Part shown: positions 12,399 to 24,905 of the stretch, piece by piece | How positions within the stretch are numbered: position 1 is the first letter of the stretch | Layout of the letters: every line of letters starts with the position of its first letter | NCBI GenBank assembly: GCA_951406725.2 | Contig: OX597830.1 | Location: forward strand, 45,322,001 to 45,386,000 | Source: Octopus vulgaris | Lineage: Eukaryota | Direction of reading: 5' to 3' | Length of the DNA: 64,000 nucleotides | Position numbers and translations under genes: made by a program | Notes under the pieces: model-generated | What the model was told of the DNA's origin: nothing | Database searches by the model: none | What the model saw: only the letters and a program-made list of their open reading frames with translations

Positions 12399-13607
12399 GG
12401 ATTAAATAAAATCTAGGCAGTTAATACGTGGGCGATAGCATCACTTCGGTATGGAGCGGGAATTATAAAATGGCAAAAGAGAGAATTGAAGAAAATGGAT
12501 ACCAAGACCAGAAAAATGTTGACAGTACGCGGAACCTTCCGCCCTAAGAGTGACACCGATAGGCTGTACTTGTCCAGAAGAAAGGGTGGGAGAGGTGTGA
12601 CCAGTTGCTAGGATTGTATCGAAGCAGAGGAAAACAGCCTAGGGTGGTATATAAAAAATGCCGTGGAGCCACTGTTGAAGCACATGAAGAAGGCCGGCGT
12701 CATCAAAACACAAAATTGTGTAACTAAAGAAAAATTTAAACAAGTAAAAAACAAAAGAAAAAGCATGGAAGGAAAAATGTACGGTCAGTCTGCAAGAGAT
12801 ATGAACGCCAAGACAGATATAGAGGACCGGTGGCTATGGATGAGGAGGAGTGACCTGAAGATAGAGACAGAAGCACTCATATGCATATACGCAGCTCAGG
12901 AACAGGCGTTAAGAGCCAATTATATGAAGTGCAGAATTGATAACACTATCGATAGTGATAAATGCAGAATGTGTAGCGAGCGGAGTGAAACGATATGGCA
13001 GATCGTTAGCGAATGCCCGAAATTGCACAACGCGATTACAAACGACGCCATGACAATGTGGTAAAAATGATCCATTGGGAGCTCTGTGGAAATCAAGGTC
13101 TACAAAGAGCAAAGACGAAGTACGAAAAATCCCTAGGAAGAGTCACCAAAAATGAGAACTGCAAAATCTTGTGGGATGTAATGATCCAGTACGATCGTCT
13201 GACCAGACATAGGGAACCGGACATTGTTGTGTTGAAATAATAAGGAACATGCGTGATAATCGACATAGCATGTCCCGGTGACAACCGGATCAAAGACAAA
13301 GAAGAACTGAACAGCTATGACGATTTCAAGTTGGAAATATGAAGGTTGTGAACAAGAGCGTGGTCAGAATAACAAGAGTAATGGACACGCGTGGAAGTAT
13401 CAACACTCAACTACAAGTATGGCTCAAAAAGATTGGTACAAATGTAAAGATAGAACACCTACAAAAATCAGCATTGCTTGGAACTGCAAGAATTCTTCGG
13501 AGGATTCTTGAAGCATGACCAGTAAACAAGTGTCACCTTAGTCTGCTTGCTATGGACAACTGACACTTTGCATCATACTCAGCAAAATAAGCTGTGAGTT
13601 TTCATAT
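12399..13607 (+). mobile_element. 5'-truncated R4/Dong-clade non-LTR retrotransposon (RT thumb, CCHC finger, restriction-like endonuclease)
   Basis: Motifs RLYLSRRKGGRG, ETEALI..AAQEQAL, CRMC...ETIWQIVSEC, YKRRHD, ILWD...PDIVV...IIDIACP and KSALLGTARILR. Flanked by (TAA)n on both sides. Confidence 0.9.
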
Positions 13608-13645
13608 AATAATAATAATGATGATGATGATGATGATGATGATAA

Positions 13646-14000
13646 CTAGCAGGACCCGTGAATATTTCACGGAATTCATGGTAAACTTATTTCTGAAAAC
13701 TTTATCCAAAAAACCCCGAAAGCGTAACCTGTGTTGTGTCTGTATGAAAAGAGAGTTGCTCATCTGCTAGTTATTGAAAAGTGAAAGAATTTGGAATACG
13801 ATGATTACTTAATATACTTTATATACTTTATGCAGAATTTTATAGACTTAATATACAGCACTCTCCTTTCTCTCTCACTCTTCGCCTTACTCTTTTTCTC
13901 TCCCTTTTCTTTCGCTCTTCGCATTTCCCTTCAACTAATCACGTAAAAGCGTTGCAGACGGGCTAAATAATGCAGGAAAAATCTTAGTTTAAAAAATTAC
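13646..14000 (-). mobile_element. Helitron-like element; 3' end clear, 5' boundary uncertain
   Basis: Minus-strand terminus ccgtgaa-ata-ttcacgg hairpin (13656-13672) followed by gtcctg CTAG|T at 13646. Confidence 0.55.
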
Positions 14001-14104
14001 TCATTTTACTTGCCACTACCCCTTCCTCCCCCTTTCCTCCCCTTATCGCCTCGCCCTTCCCATTCCTCTCAACTCTTCCATCCCTCTCATCCCCCTCCCC
14101 TTCA

Positions 14105-14341
14105 GCTAACCACGTGGACTTCTGAGCAGTATAAACTACTCAACCTTAAGAAAATTCTGTGCCCCACCTGCAAGATCGTGCGCTGTTTATCTTGATACAA
14201 GATCACCATGTCGTGCACATATGGTCGTGATGCACGTGCCTGTTGTACTCTTATCAGACGGGTAGTTATGATGGGTATTTTGGGTTTCATGCATTTGTAC
14301 CCTAGTGTCACTTTGATGGTATGCGCTGCTCTCTCACTCAG

Positions 14342-14343
<2 letters not shown>
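14105..14343 (+). mobile_element. Terminal 3'UTR fragment of an R4/Dong-type LINE with (AAT)n tail
   Basis: Matches 9930-10088 and the reverse complement of 61233-61430; ends gctgctctctcactca before (AAT)n. Confidence 0.7.
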
Positions 14344-14372
<29 letters not shown>

Positions 14373-14511
14373 CTTCCAGATGTGGAAGAAAGTAAAGAAT
14401 TTGGGGAGGGTTGTGGAACAGGCCGGCGAAACATAAAGCGCAGAGTGACTAACAAGAGTGGAAATACAGCTTGCAACTGTACCAAGACAAAAGGAATTCA
14501 GAATTCATGTA

Positions 14512-15440
14512 CGAGGGGGGTGTTCATTAAATATTTCCCCTGACCTACTTCCCACGGAATGGGATAAACGAAACTCGAGGTAATCCTTATTCCTTCTCTA
14601 CATAGTCACCACCAATGGTGACACACTTTTCCCCATCACTTTATGCAGCTGTGAAGACCTCATCTGTAGAAGATTGTGTCTGGAGCCAAGACTTTACTTT
14701 GGAAATAAGTTCATTATCATCCGAAAAGTGCTTCCATTTCAAAAAAGCCTTCATGGTTGGAAAGAGGCAGCAGTCAGATGGTGCAAGGTCAGGAGAGTAA
14801 GAGGGGAGGAAGGATTTCATAGCCACAGGAGTGTGCTTTCATCTGGGAAACATGCGCATTGTGAACTGGGCGTCGTCTTGGAGGAGGCGAACTTCTTTGG
14901 TTAGCATGCCGCGTCTCTCTGCTTTGATAGCGTCCTGCAATTTCTGCAGCAGCGAAGAACAATATTCCCCGCTAATTGTGGTTCCCTTTTCCAGAAAATC
15001 CATCATCATTACTCCGCGCTGGTCCCAAAAGACTGTGAGCATCACTTTGCCTGCTGAGGGTTGGACACGAGCCTTCTTTGGAGGTGGTGCATGCTTCCAT
15101 TGTTTCGACTGGACTTTAGTCTCAGGGTCATAGTGATGTTTCATCTGGTGTAAGTCTGCCGAAAAAGTCCTCCTCGTTTTCTTAGCACATTGCCAAAAGA
15201 GCCTGGAAACAATTGACTCGTTCCTGCTTCTGAAAAGGTGTGGGCGCCCGGGGAATCCATCGTGCAGACAACTTCCGCATGTGCAAATGGTCGTGAATGA
15301 TTTTTTTCATGGACCCTACTTCTTGGGCTAGTTTACCGAATAAGTTATGCAGTGACCCTCCAAGACGGTGGCTTCAACCTTGTGGACGGTGTCGTCATTA
15401 ATGGCGGGATGTGGTCGTCCAGGAATAGGAGCCGTTTCAT
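14512..15440 (-). mobile_element. Mariner transposon, 5'-truncated, decayed
   Basis: Motifs ARWIP, HHYDPETK.QSKQW, SAGKVMLTVFWD, LLQDDA and SYSPDLAPSD. TA|CGAGGGGG TIR start at 14510-14520. Confidence 0.9.
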
Positions 15441-15796
15441 AACAACAATAATTTACTGAAAAGTGACGAATAATTTTTGGTCAGTATAATCAAAAAATAA
15501 TGAGGAATATCTCAAGTGAATTAATATCTCAAGTGAATTTGAATTGAAATTATTTCCGCTTACTTTGACACTCGCTAACATTTTTTACTAAATTTCAAAT
15601 TTCATTCCAAGGAAGATTCCAATTCATTGGAAAACTTCTGAGTTCATTATTCAGAACAGCTTATCTAAATTCATGTCGTTGTCTCTCTTTAGTTATATCC
15701 ATTATAGTCCATTATATTTTTCAATTTGTGCAAAGTAAACTGACTAAAACATTTCGATTTGATCCATACAAATTCACCGCTATAACACAATATCAG

Positions 15797-16520
<724 letters not shown>

Positions 16521-16720
16521 GGATTGATATCCAGAAGATCCAAGATGGCAGGTAGGGCTATGTAAGTGCTACGGGAGGACCGTAGTTAGACTCTCGGTTC
16601 GATAATAATACAAGTGAGGAGTCTAATGCGGGTCTTGTGTGAATATGTATATGTTAAATGAAACGAGAGAACAAAACCAAGGCTGTGTGGAATTTTGGGG
16701 ACATTTATAAAGAGAAAGGT

Positions 16721-16766
16721 AGTCTTACAGCTGTTTCTAGGATATTAGGGATATCCCTTCAGGAAA
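16721..16766 (-). ncRNA. Degenerate minimal hammerhead-ribozyme motif (Penelope pLTR type)
   Basis: Minus strand reads ctgaag-ggatat-cccta-atatcc-ta-gaaac-agct-gta. Stem II, GAAA and palindromic stem III are present, but the CUGANGA box is imperfect. Confidence 0.4.
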
Positions 16767-17157
16767 TATAAAGGGAAGTAAGAGAATGAAAATGAAAATT
16801 TAAATATTTGTAGGATGTTACAGTTGCAGTCCCATTATCCAAGAAAAGTGCTGTGTAGAATGGGTAGAATATAGATAGATAGATAAATCTGTGTATATAT
16901 ATATATGTGCGCGCGTGTGTGTGTGTGTGTGCATATATATGTATATATGCGTATGGGTATAGGTACATAAGTATGCGGGCCTATATAATAATGCATATAC
17001 ACATTTATATATGTGCGCGCGTCTGTATGTCTATATACGCATCTCTCTCTTTATTCCAAAGTGAAATAAAGCTTCCTGCTCAAGGACACAATGTGTCTAA
17101 CAATTGTAAGCCAATCATACATATACACACACGCACATACACATATGTGTATCAGTG

Positions 17158-17240
<83 letters not shown>

Positions 17241-17390
17241 CCACTCACTCGTGTGAGTATATAACCGAATAGATGGTGTTGTGGATTTTCACTTCGGCAT
17301 CTTGACTATTGAGTAATTGTAACATATTATTTTATAGATATATTATATATTATATATATATTATATATATATATTATATATATGTATATA

Positions 17391-18678
17391 TTCTGTTTGC
17401 AACTAGGTTCCCTTCGCTTTTATTTTAAATTTACATTTTCTAAAAGATTTAATAAAAAATAAGAACTAATTAATCGATAATATCTTCACCCTTGTTGTTT
17501 ACAACTCCTTCCCAACGTTCAACAAAATTTTCAATACCTCTTTGGTAGAAACCTCCCGATTTCGACTAGAAAAATTGATCCAGCCAAGCTCTCAATTCTG
17601 CATAAGTATTGAGTGAAACTCCACGCATAGCATTTAAAAGAGATCGAAAGAGGTGGAAATCCATTGGTGCCAAATCAGGAGAGTACGGCGGGTGTGGCAG
17701 CACTTCCCAGCCATGCGTTTGAATGGTTTCATTGGTCATATTGGCGATATGAGGACGGGCGTTGTCGTGCAGCAGAAGAACTCCATGCTGCTGATTAGGT
17801 CTTTTTTCTTGAATAGCCGTGTTGAGTCGTTTCATCTGTTGAACATAGAATTCCGCGTTGACCGTTTGGTTCCGTTCGAGCAATTCGTAATGGATAATCC
17901 CTTCCCAGTCCCACCATGCGCACAACATCGTTTACGCGGTTGAAAATCTTATTTCACGCGCGGTGTCGCTTGTTTGCTTGAGCTAATCCATTCCTTACGT
18001 TGCTTGATATTGATATACAGGCACCATTTTTCGTCGCCAATAACGATTCGGTAAAGAAATCGTTGCTTGTGTGCATGAGTTGAGCGGTGACGAGCAAGCC
18101 AGCTAGCGGAGATTGTGGCTCGTTGATTTTTGCTGTTGTCACTTAAAGCATGCGGAACCCATGCTCCATACTTCTGAACCTTTCCCATTAAGTGAAGATG
18201 CTTCTCTATAGCGGTGTGGGAGCATTCCATTTTCTCTGCCAGTTCCCTTGTCGTTTGACGAGAATTTTCGTGCAAAAGTTGGTTTAAATCGTTCTTCATC
18301 GAACTCAACTGGACGGCCAGAATGAGGTGTGTCTTTGAGGTCAAAGATTCCATTTTTGAACTTGGCATACCCATCACGAGCGGTTCTTTCAACTATGGCA
18401 CCCTCTCCATACAGATGTCGCGAGCAGCTTTTGCGGCCTTACAATCTTGATTAAAAGCAAAAAGAAACTGGTATCGAAAATGCTCATTTTCCTTAACATG
18501 GCATTCCATTTTAATGATCTGAAAATAAATAAAAACTAACTAAAATTAACAAGAAAAAAATATATAGCTTCCAAAATGATTCAAAAATAGAATTCTCGCA
18601 AAAAATAGATTCCAAAATTTAAAAACGCAATATATTCCAAAATTTAAAAAAACGGCGGGAACTTAGTTGCCAATCCAA
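17391..18678 (-). mobile_element. Full-length (about 1.29 kb) decayed mariner transposon
   Basis: Imperfect TIRs ttctgtttgcaactaggttccc / ttggattggcaactaagttccc, both flanked by TA. ATG at 18509 (MECHVKENEHFR). Motifs WVPHAL, IGDEKW, LHDNARPH and HPPYSPDLAPMDFHLF, with frameshifts and stops. Confidence 0.93.
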
Positions 18679-18761
18679 TATACAAAATGTAACCATATAT
18701 GAATCGTTGGCGATTTTTTTTCCTCCGTCTTCCTTTTCTCTTGGACTTTCCTCTGTCTCCT

Positions 18762-18796
18762 GTTTCTGAAGAAGAGCTTTGCTCGAAACGTAAAAC
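18762..18796 (+). ncRNA. Minimal type I hammerhead ribozyme motif (Penelope-like pLTR)
   Basis: gttt-CTGAAGA-a-gagc-ttt-gctc-GAAA-cg-TA-aaac. Intact CUGANGA and GAAA boxes, a 4-bp stem II, a palindromic ACGT stem III and stem I gttt/aaac. Confidence 0.65.
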
Positions 18797-19037
18797 TACC
18801 TTTCTTTCTTCCCTGGATGTCTGCTAATACTTTACATGTACCACGTCCACACGTTGTTGTTTTTTTGTGTTTGTTCTTCGTTTTCTTTTTTGTATTTATT
18901 ATAAGTATATATATATATATAAATTTACAAATAAGGATAAGATCGATATTCAAATATCGATCTTATCAAGTGGTCAGCATGGGAATAAAAACATTACAAA
19001 GGTAAAAATTATTTAGAATTTTAAATTAGGGTATCTT

Positions 19038-19222
19038 AGAGATACCACTACGCTGAAATAGCAGTCAAAACCTGACCCTAAAACGACATTAAATGTTCAT
19101 ATAGCACTAGGAGAGTAGACAGAGAGACAAAATAAACTAGCAAACTCTCCTAGTGCTATATGAACATTTAATGTCACTTTAGGGTCAGGTTTTGACTGCT
19201 ATTTCAGCGTGGTGGTATCTCT
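19038..19222. repeat. Inverted repeat with arms of about 79 bp and a 27-nt spacer
   Basis: 19038-19116 is nearly the reverse complement of 19144-19222. Confidence 0.9.
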
Positions 19223-19617
19223 CAGATTTACCCCTTCGCGAGTCTGACCCAGAAATCGCCGAAGAAGCAAACAAAGAAGAGTGGAAGGAAGTCCCCAAAA
19301 GAAAACAGAACGCAAAAAGGACACCATACCAGCACCTCCCCTCAACACAGATGCACGACCACCAACAACACCCACATTACCCAAACCACACACCATACAA
19401 AAAAACCACCTTCGAAAACAATCGTAAATTGCACTGCAATCAACACAACAAACAATGAGCCCCTAATGAAATACATACAAGAAAATACCAATATCACACC
19501 AAAACATGTTCTGTGCACACCACCTAACACTCCACCTCACATACAAATACTCAGCATAGCTAACAACTTCATTGACTTAAAAGAAGACCATCTCACTGTG
19601 GTGAGTAACTTCCAAAG

Positions 19618-19851
19618 TAGGCAGCGAACTGGCAGAAACGTTAGCACGCCGGGCGAAATGCGTAGCCGTATTTCGTCTGCCGTTACGTTCTGAGTTCAAA
19701 TTCCGCCGAGGTCGACTTTGCCTTTCATCCTTTCGGAGTCGATAAATTAAGTACCAGTTACACACTGGGGTTGATGTAATCGAGTTAATCCGTTTGTCTG
19801 TCCTTGTTTGTCCCCTCTGTATTTGGCCCCCTTGTGGGTAGTAAAGAAATA
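19618..19851 (+). mobile_element. tRNA-derived SINE, family B, full length with 18-bp TSD
   Basis: B-box gagttcaaattcc and conserved body gactttgcctttcatcctttcgg.gtcgataaattaagtaccag. TSD ggtgagtaa(c/t)ttccaaag at 19600-19617 and 19852-19869. Confidence 0.9.
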
Positions 19852-19929
19852 GGTGAGTAATTTCCAAAGAACAATAACCTAAAGTTTATACAAAAACCTG
19901 ATCGTGGAAACTTCCACAGCCACCCAGAA

Positions 19930-20545
19930 GAGTGGGCAAAACCTCTCACTCTCCCTGCAGCCCAAAAAGTAAGCAGTGCATCGTTGCCTTTCCCATTTCT
20001 CTCGTCATGGTTAGACTCAAGTTAGGCAGTTTAAACGTGCGTAGCCTGGGGTCGCTTTGGAAGCAAGGACGCATTCTCAACGACCTCAGGTCATTGGATT
20101 TGGACGTACAAAAGAGATTATGTGACTGTCGCGGGTGAAAGGTTTGAGGATGGGCTCCTTCCTCTCCGGCAGTGGTTCAATTAACCATTTCAAGTTCCAC
20201 TTGAAAAGAAAACTGAGACTGGTGAGGGAGGAGCTGCCCTCGTGCAAATTTGAGGAAGGATGGGTAAAAGTTGCACAAATGGTTCGAATGAGTGGATCTA
20301 ACTTGGGTATAAATTCCTAGGCTTTTGCTCTAGCGATCAGGTTGTCTTGTGGCTTGTGGGTTTCCACGAGTAACGCAGAATACTCCCCCTTTTGAGTACC
20401 ACTTTTGTTTTATAGGTTTACACCTGCATTTTTTAGCTTTTAGCATTGTTTAAACTGTGTACACGCTTTTACGTGTGATCTCACCCGTATGTTCTGTATC
20501 TTCCCTTTATGTCAGGCCCTAGATTGGTAAATAAAGAAAAGAATT
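19930..20545 (+). mobile_element. Internally deleted L1/Tx1-like LINE
   Basis: APE endonuclease N-terminus (MVRLKLGSLNVRSL...LRSLDLDV) joined within about 50 bp to an ORF2 C-terminus-like FKFHLKRKLRL.RE.L...F...W, then a T-rich UTR and an A-rich tail. Confidence 0.55.
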
Positions 20546-20599
20546 TATTGCCGAACAACCACACAGAGGATTTGTTTGTTGTTGTTGTTGTTGTTGTAG

Positions 20600-20638
<39 letters not shown>

Positions 20639-20747
20639 TACATGTTTTTGAAGTATGTGTCTATATGTTGAAAAAACATACAGAAACACACACACATACA
20701 CTGAAACAAAAATAAAGATTACATGTATCACACACACACACACACGC

Positions 20748-20766
20748 ATATATATATATATATAAC

Positions 20767-20854
<88 letters not shown>

Positions 20855-20867
20855 TATATATATATAC

Positions 20868-20966
<99 letters not shown>

Positions 20967-20992
20967 TTTATATATATATATATATATTTTTT

Positions 20993-21029
<37 letters not shown>

Positions 21030-21057
21030 CGACTATATATATATATATAACGACTAT
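20748..21057. repeat. (TA)n array with recurrent cgac interruptions
   Basis: Visible directly. Confidence 0.95.
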
Positions 21058-21161
21058 AATGATAAACCAGCTGAAATTCAGGCTGTATTATAAATGGTCA
21101 TACTATTTAATTTTTCCCACTAGGCCGCTGGTGGCAAAAGATTCTACAAAATTTTTTTGCC

Positions 21162-21235
<74 letters not shown>

Positions 21236-21369
21236 GTTTTTTTAAAGCTTATGTTCCATTTTACTGTGGCTTGCACTTACAATCCCCGCGTTATTAATCA
21301 AAACTTGTTAATTACGATGGTGACAACACTATCTTACACACACTCTCTTTCTCTCTTTCGCACACACAC

Positions 21370-21421
<52 letters not shown>

Positions 21422-21713
21422 GTTTCCCCTCCTCTTCTAAAAATACATTGTGACGTATATTTCGATTCCTCCCCTTCTTTCCCTCCCTCTTATAGGTATT
21501 GTGCAGGACAGAGACAGAGTTTCTCTTGTCTTTTAGGATATAAGATTCTTAACGGAATTTTTTGTGTTACTCGTTGAAACAGAAGTTATTTTGTCTTATT
21601 TGTTGTTTTGTAATATAATTGCTTACGTACATGTATTCATACTCTTGTACATAAATATGTCTACCTACATACACACACACACAAAAACACTCATATGTGT
21701 GTATGTATAAATG

Positions 21714-22132
21714 TACTCTTTTACTCTTTTACTTGTTTCAGTCATTTGACTGCGGCCATGCTGGAGCACCGCCTTTAGTCGAGCAAATCGACCCCGGGAC
21801 TTATTCTTTGTAAGCTCAGTACTTATTCTATCGGTCTCTTTTTGCCGAACCGCGAAGTGACGGAGACGTAAACACACCAGCATCGGTTGTCAAGCAATGC
21901 TAGGGGGATAAACACACACACACAAACACACACACATACACATATATATACATATATATATACATATATACGACGGGCTTCTTTCAGTTTCCGTCTACCA
22001 AATCCACTCACAAGGCATCGGTCGGCCCGGGGCTATAGCAGAAGACACTTGCCCAAGATGCCACACAGTGGGACTGAACCCGGAACCATGTGGTTGGTTA
22101 GCAAGCTACTTACCACACAGTCACTCCTGCGC

Positions 22133-22133
<1 letters not shown>
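21714..22133 (-). mobile_element. SINE family A copy
   Basis: Near-identical to 648-1086. Confidence 0.92.
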
Positions 22134-22191
<58 letters not shown>

Positions 22192-22192
<1 letters not shown>

Positions 22193-22985
22193 TATTCAGT
22201 TTTAGTTCAAGATTTCTTGGTAATAGAGAAAAGGTCAGTTTCTAGCCTAGATCCAAGGCTCCTTCATAGGAATGTCAACATCAAACAACTGGGTATTTTT
22301 GTATATATGCAGATCTGTATGTTGTGTTTTGTGTATGTACCTTGTGCATATACTTGCATATCAAGACATACTCATAAATATTTAAATGATAAGTTACTGG
22401 AAAGTTTTGCAAATTTTTGCAGTTCCAGTGGTGACTTGGATCTGTAATTTTGAGAAGCCTAATTCCTTAGGATTGGTATTTAAGCAGTGTGCTACGTATC
22501 CCAGTGCTCCAATAATTAGGGGTATAAACCTGAACTTGTAATCTTGATAGAGCAACTGCAGATTTCTCAATAGTTCAGCACAGGTGTTCCCTTTTTCATT
22601 GATATTCAGCTTTATGTTAACACCCGCCAAGCAACTGTTTTCCACAACTGTACACAATTTCTCTTTTGTCCTAGACCATTATATCAGGTCTATTGTGTTT
22701 ATATTTTATTAAGGTTCTCACTGGGCCATTCCGCCAGTACACTTTCTTATTATGAGTGGCTATGTCTTCCACCATACTGTGGGTTCTTATTTCTTTGCCG
22801 TCGGAGTTATCCTTTCGACGGATCTCGTTCTACATTGTCCTAGCTACAGCATCATGTCTTATCGGTAGTTATATACCATGATGACATTTTCAGACAATTA
22901 CTTATGATGTGGGTGATATCGTCTGTGTAAACTTCACAAAGTCTGCATCGGTGTTACATCTTACTGCTTTTCCTGCATCTCTGTC
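22192..22985 (-). mobile_element. 3' fragment of an RLE-type (R4/Dong-related) LINE
   Basis: Minus-strand motifs RHDAVAR, NRPDI and CTVVENSC...FRFIPLIIGALG...TGTAKICKTF. Flanked by (TG)n and (TATG)n. Confidence 0.75.
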
Positions 22986-23136
22986 ATACATCTATGTATG
23001 TATGTATGTATGTATGTATGATGCATTTATGTATGTACGTATAACAGAAATTATTTTGTCTTATTTGTTGTTTTGTAATATAATTGCTTACGTATACGTA
23101 TTCCTGCACTTGTACATAAATACGTATGCATAGAAA

Positions 23137-24115
23137 AAACCAGGCTGCGAGGCGGGATTGGGAAGAAACTATGAATCAGAAGGTTACGCAGGTTATGGGC
23201 CCGTTTGAAGGAGGGAAGGGGTAGGTTAGGGAAGATGTGCGAGGTGAAGGGGTAGGACTGGAGTCGCCGAAAGGCTCGGAAATGGTGCGTTGGAGGGGTA
23301 GGGTGGAGGGGTGGTAGGTGAAGGGAAACGGCAGACAGGTAAGGGTGGGATGGGTACGAGGAGAAAGAGCAGAGACACGGTACACAGATCGTGTGCAGGC
23401 AAGCGCTGTGTGGATAATGATGAGGGTATGTCAATGTAGGATGAAGTGGCGTGCCATGAGTTGAGACAGTCTCAAAGTCGTGGTCGTCACTGCAGAGCCT
23501 GCGTAGACGGAGGAATTGGGAGTAGGGGATGGAGAGCTTGGCGTGGGTAGGGTGGGAGGAGGAGAAGTTAAGGTAGAAGTGTGAGTCTGTATATTTGTAG
23601 CGGATGGAGGTAGTGAGAGCGGAGTGGTGTATGCTGACAGAAATGTCGAGAAATTTGAAATTCGAGTTAGATATAGCGCAGGAGAATTCGAGGGCAGGAT
23701 AGAAGGAAAGGAAGAAGTCCAGTCGTTCGCGGGAGATTGAAGTCACGCCAATACAGTCATCGATATAACGAACGTATAGATCGGGAGTGCGACCAGTGAA
23801 TTGCGAGAACAATTGGGCTTAACGTAGCCAACGAATAGCTTCGCATAGTTGGGTCCCATTCTTGCTCCCATGGCCACTCTCGAGAGAACTGTTGCTAAAA
23901 CTCCCCCGCGGACGAGAAGCAGTTGAGGGAGGGGACAAGTTCAGCCAGATGAAGAAGTGTGGAGTTATCGGGTTATGGGTTAGGCCGAAGGTCTAGAAAG
24001 TGTTTAAGTTCAAGAAGTCCTTCGTTGTGTGGGATGACCGTATATAGACTCTTCATATCAAGAGTGAAGAGAAGTTTAGAGGAGCTAGAAGGGAAGGAGA
24101 ACGAGTTAAACCGAC
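23137..24115 (-). mobile_element. Penelope-like element reverse transcriptase fragment
   Basis: Motifs LFTLDMKSLYTVIPH.EGL, GVAMGARMGPNYA.LF, YVRYIDD, FLDISV, YLNFSSSHP and SIPYSQFLRLRRLCS are typical of PLE RT and thumb. Frameshifted. Confidence 0.9.
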
Positions 24116-24117
24116 GG

Positions 24118-24162
<45 letters not shown>

Positions 24163-24164
<2 letters not shown>

Positions 24165-24467
24165 AGAGTTAAGGAATGGAGTAGATAAGATCTGGGCTAC
24201 ATGTCTCATATCAAGTGGAACCTTGGAGGTGGTAAATATCCAAGTGTGGTGTTTACCCCGGGTTACTCTTCAGGCCAAGGATATCTTGATTAAAGGAAAG
24301 TTTACATTGTCGCGATGAATCTTCCATGTGTTAACATGTACCTCCGTGCGATAATGTAAACTTACATTTAAGTAGACACCTCACTTGGATATTTACCCCT
24401 TCTGGGGTTACGCTTGCTATGAAACATATGTAGCCTCGATCTTATCTACTCAACTCCTTAACTCTCG
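24163..24467. mobile_element. MITE with about 95-bp imperfect TIRs and TA flanks (Tc1/mariner type)
   Basis: TA|caagagttaaggaatggagtagataagatc... versus ...gatcttatctactcaactccttaactctcg|TA; pairing extends to about 24258/24372. Confidence 0.8.
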
Positions 24468-24855
24468 TATTCTTATTCATCCGGCAACCCTGGTCACCTA
24501 CCGTGAAATATGAAAAGAACTTTTTTCAGCTTATAGTACCTCGATACGAAAACAATTCATAACCTTCCGTCTCAGTAAACCATTGATGTCCCTAAAAGTT
24601 GTTTTTTTTTATATTTACTATGGATTGCTTGACGCTAACTTTCTTCCTACACCTCGATACCTGAATCTTTATATATGAATAGAGGTAATTCCGTAATTGT
24701 TATACTTATTCAGTATCCGCATTTCATACTTCCAAGGGATAGCTTTCTGCCGCTACTTAAAGAATGCGCCTATATTCTCAAGTGAGTAAGTTTGAATGTC
24801 TAGTGATAGTTTGGTAACAGTTAAGAATTCTCCCTACACAAAACTAAAGAAAACG

Positions 24856-24905
<50 letters not shown>

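Larger units (their letters stand above)
18700..19930 (+). mobile_element. Penelope-like element remnant (pLTR, inverted segment, decayed N-terminal ORF) containing a nested SINE
   Basis: Hammerhead at 18762, palindrome at 18936-18967, long inverted repeat at 19038-19222 and a decayed A/C-rich ORF (EEWKEVPKRKQ...) downstream. Confidence 0.45.
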
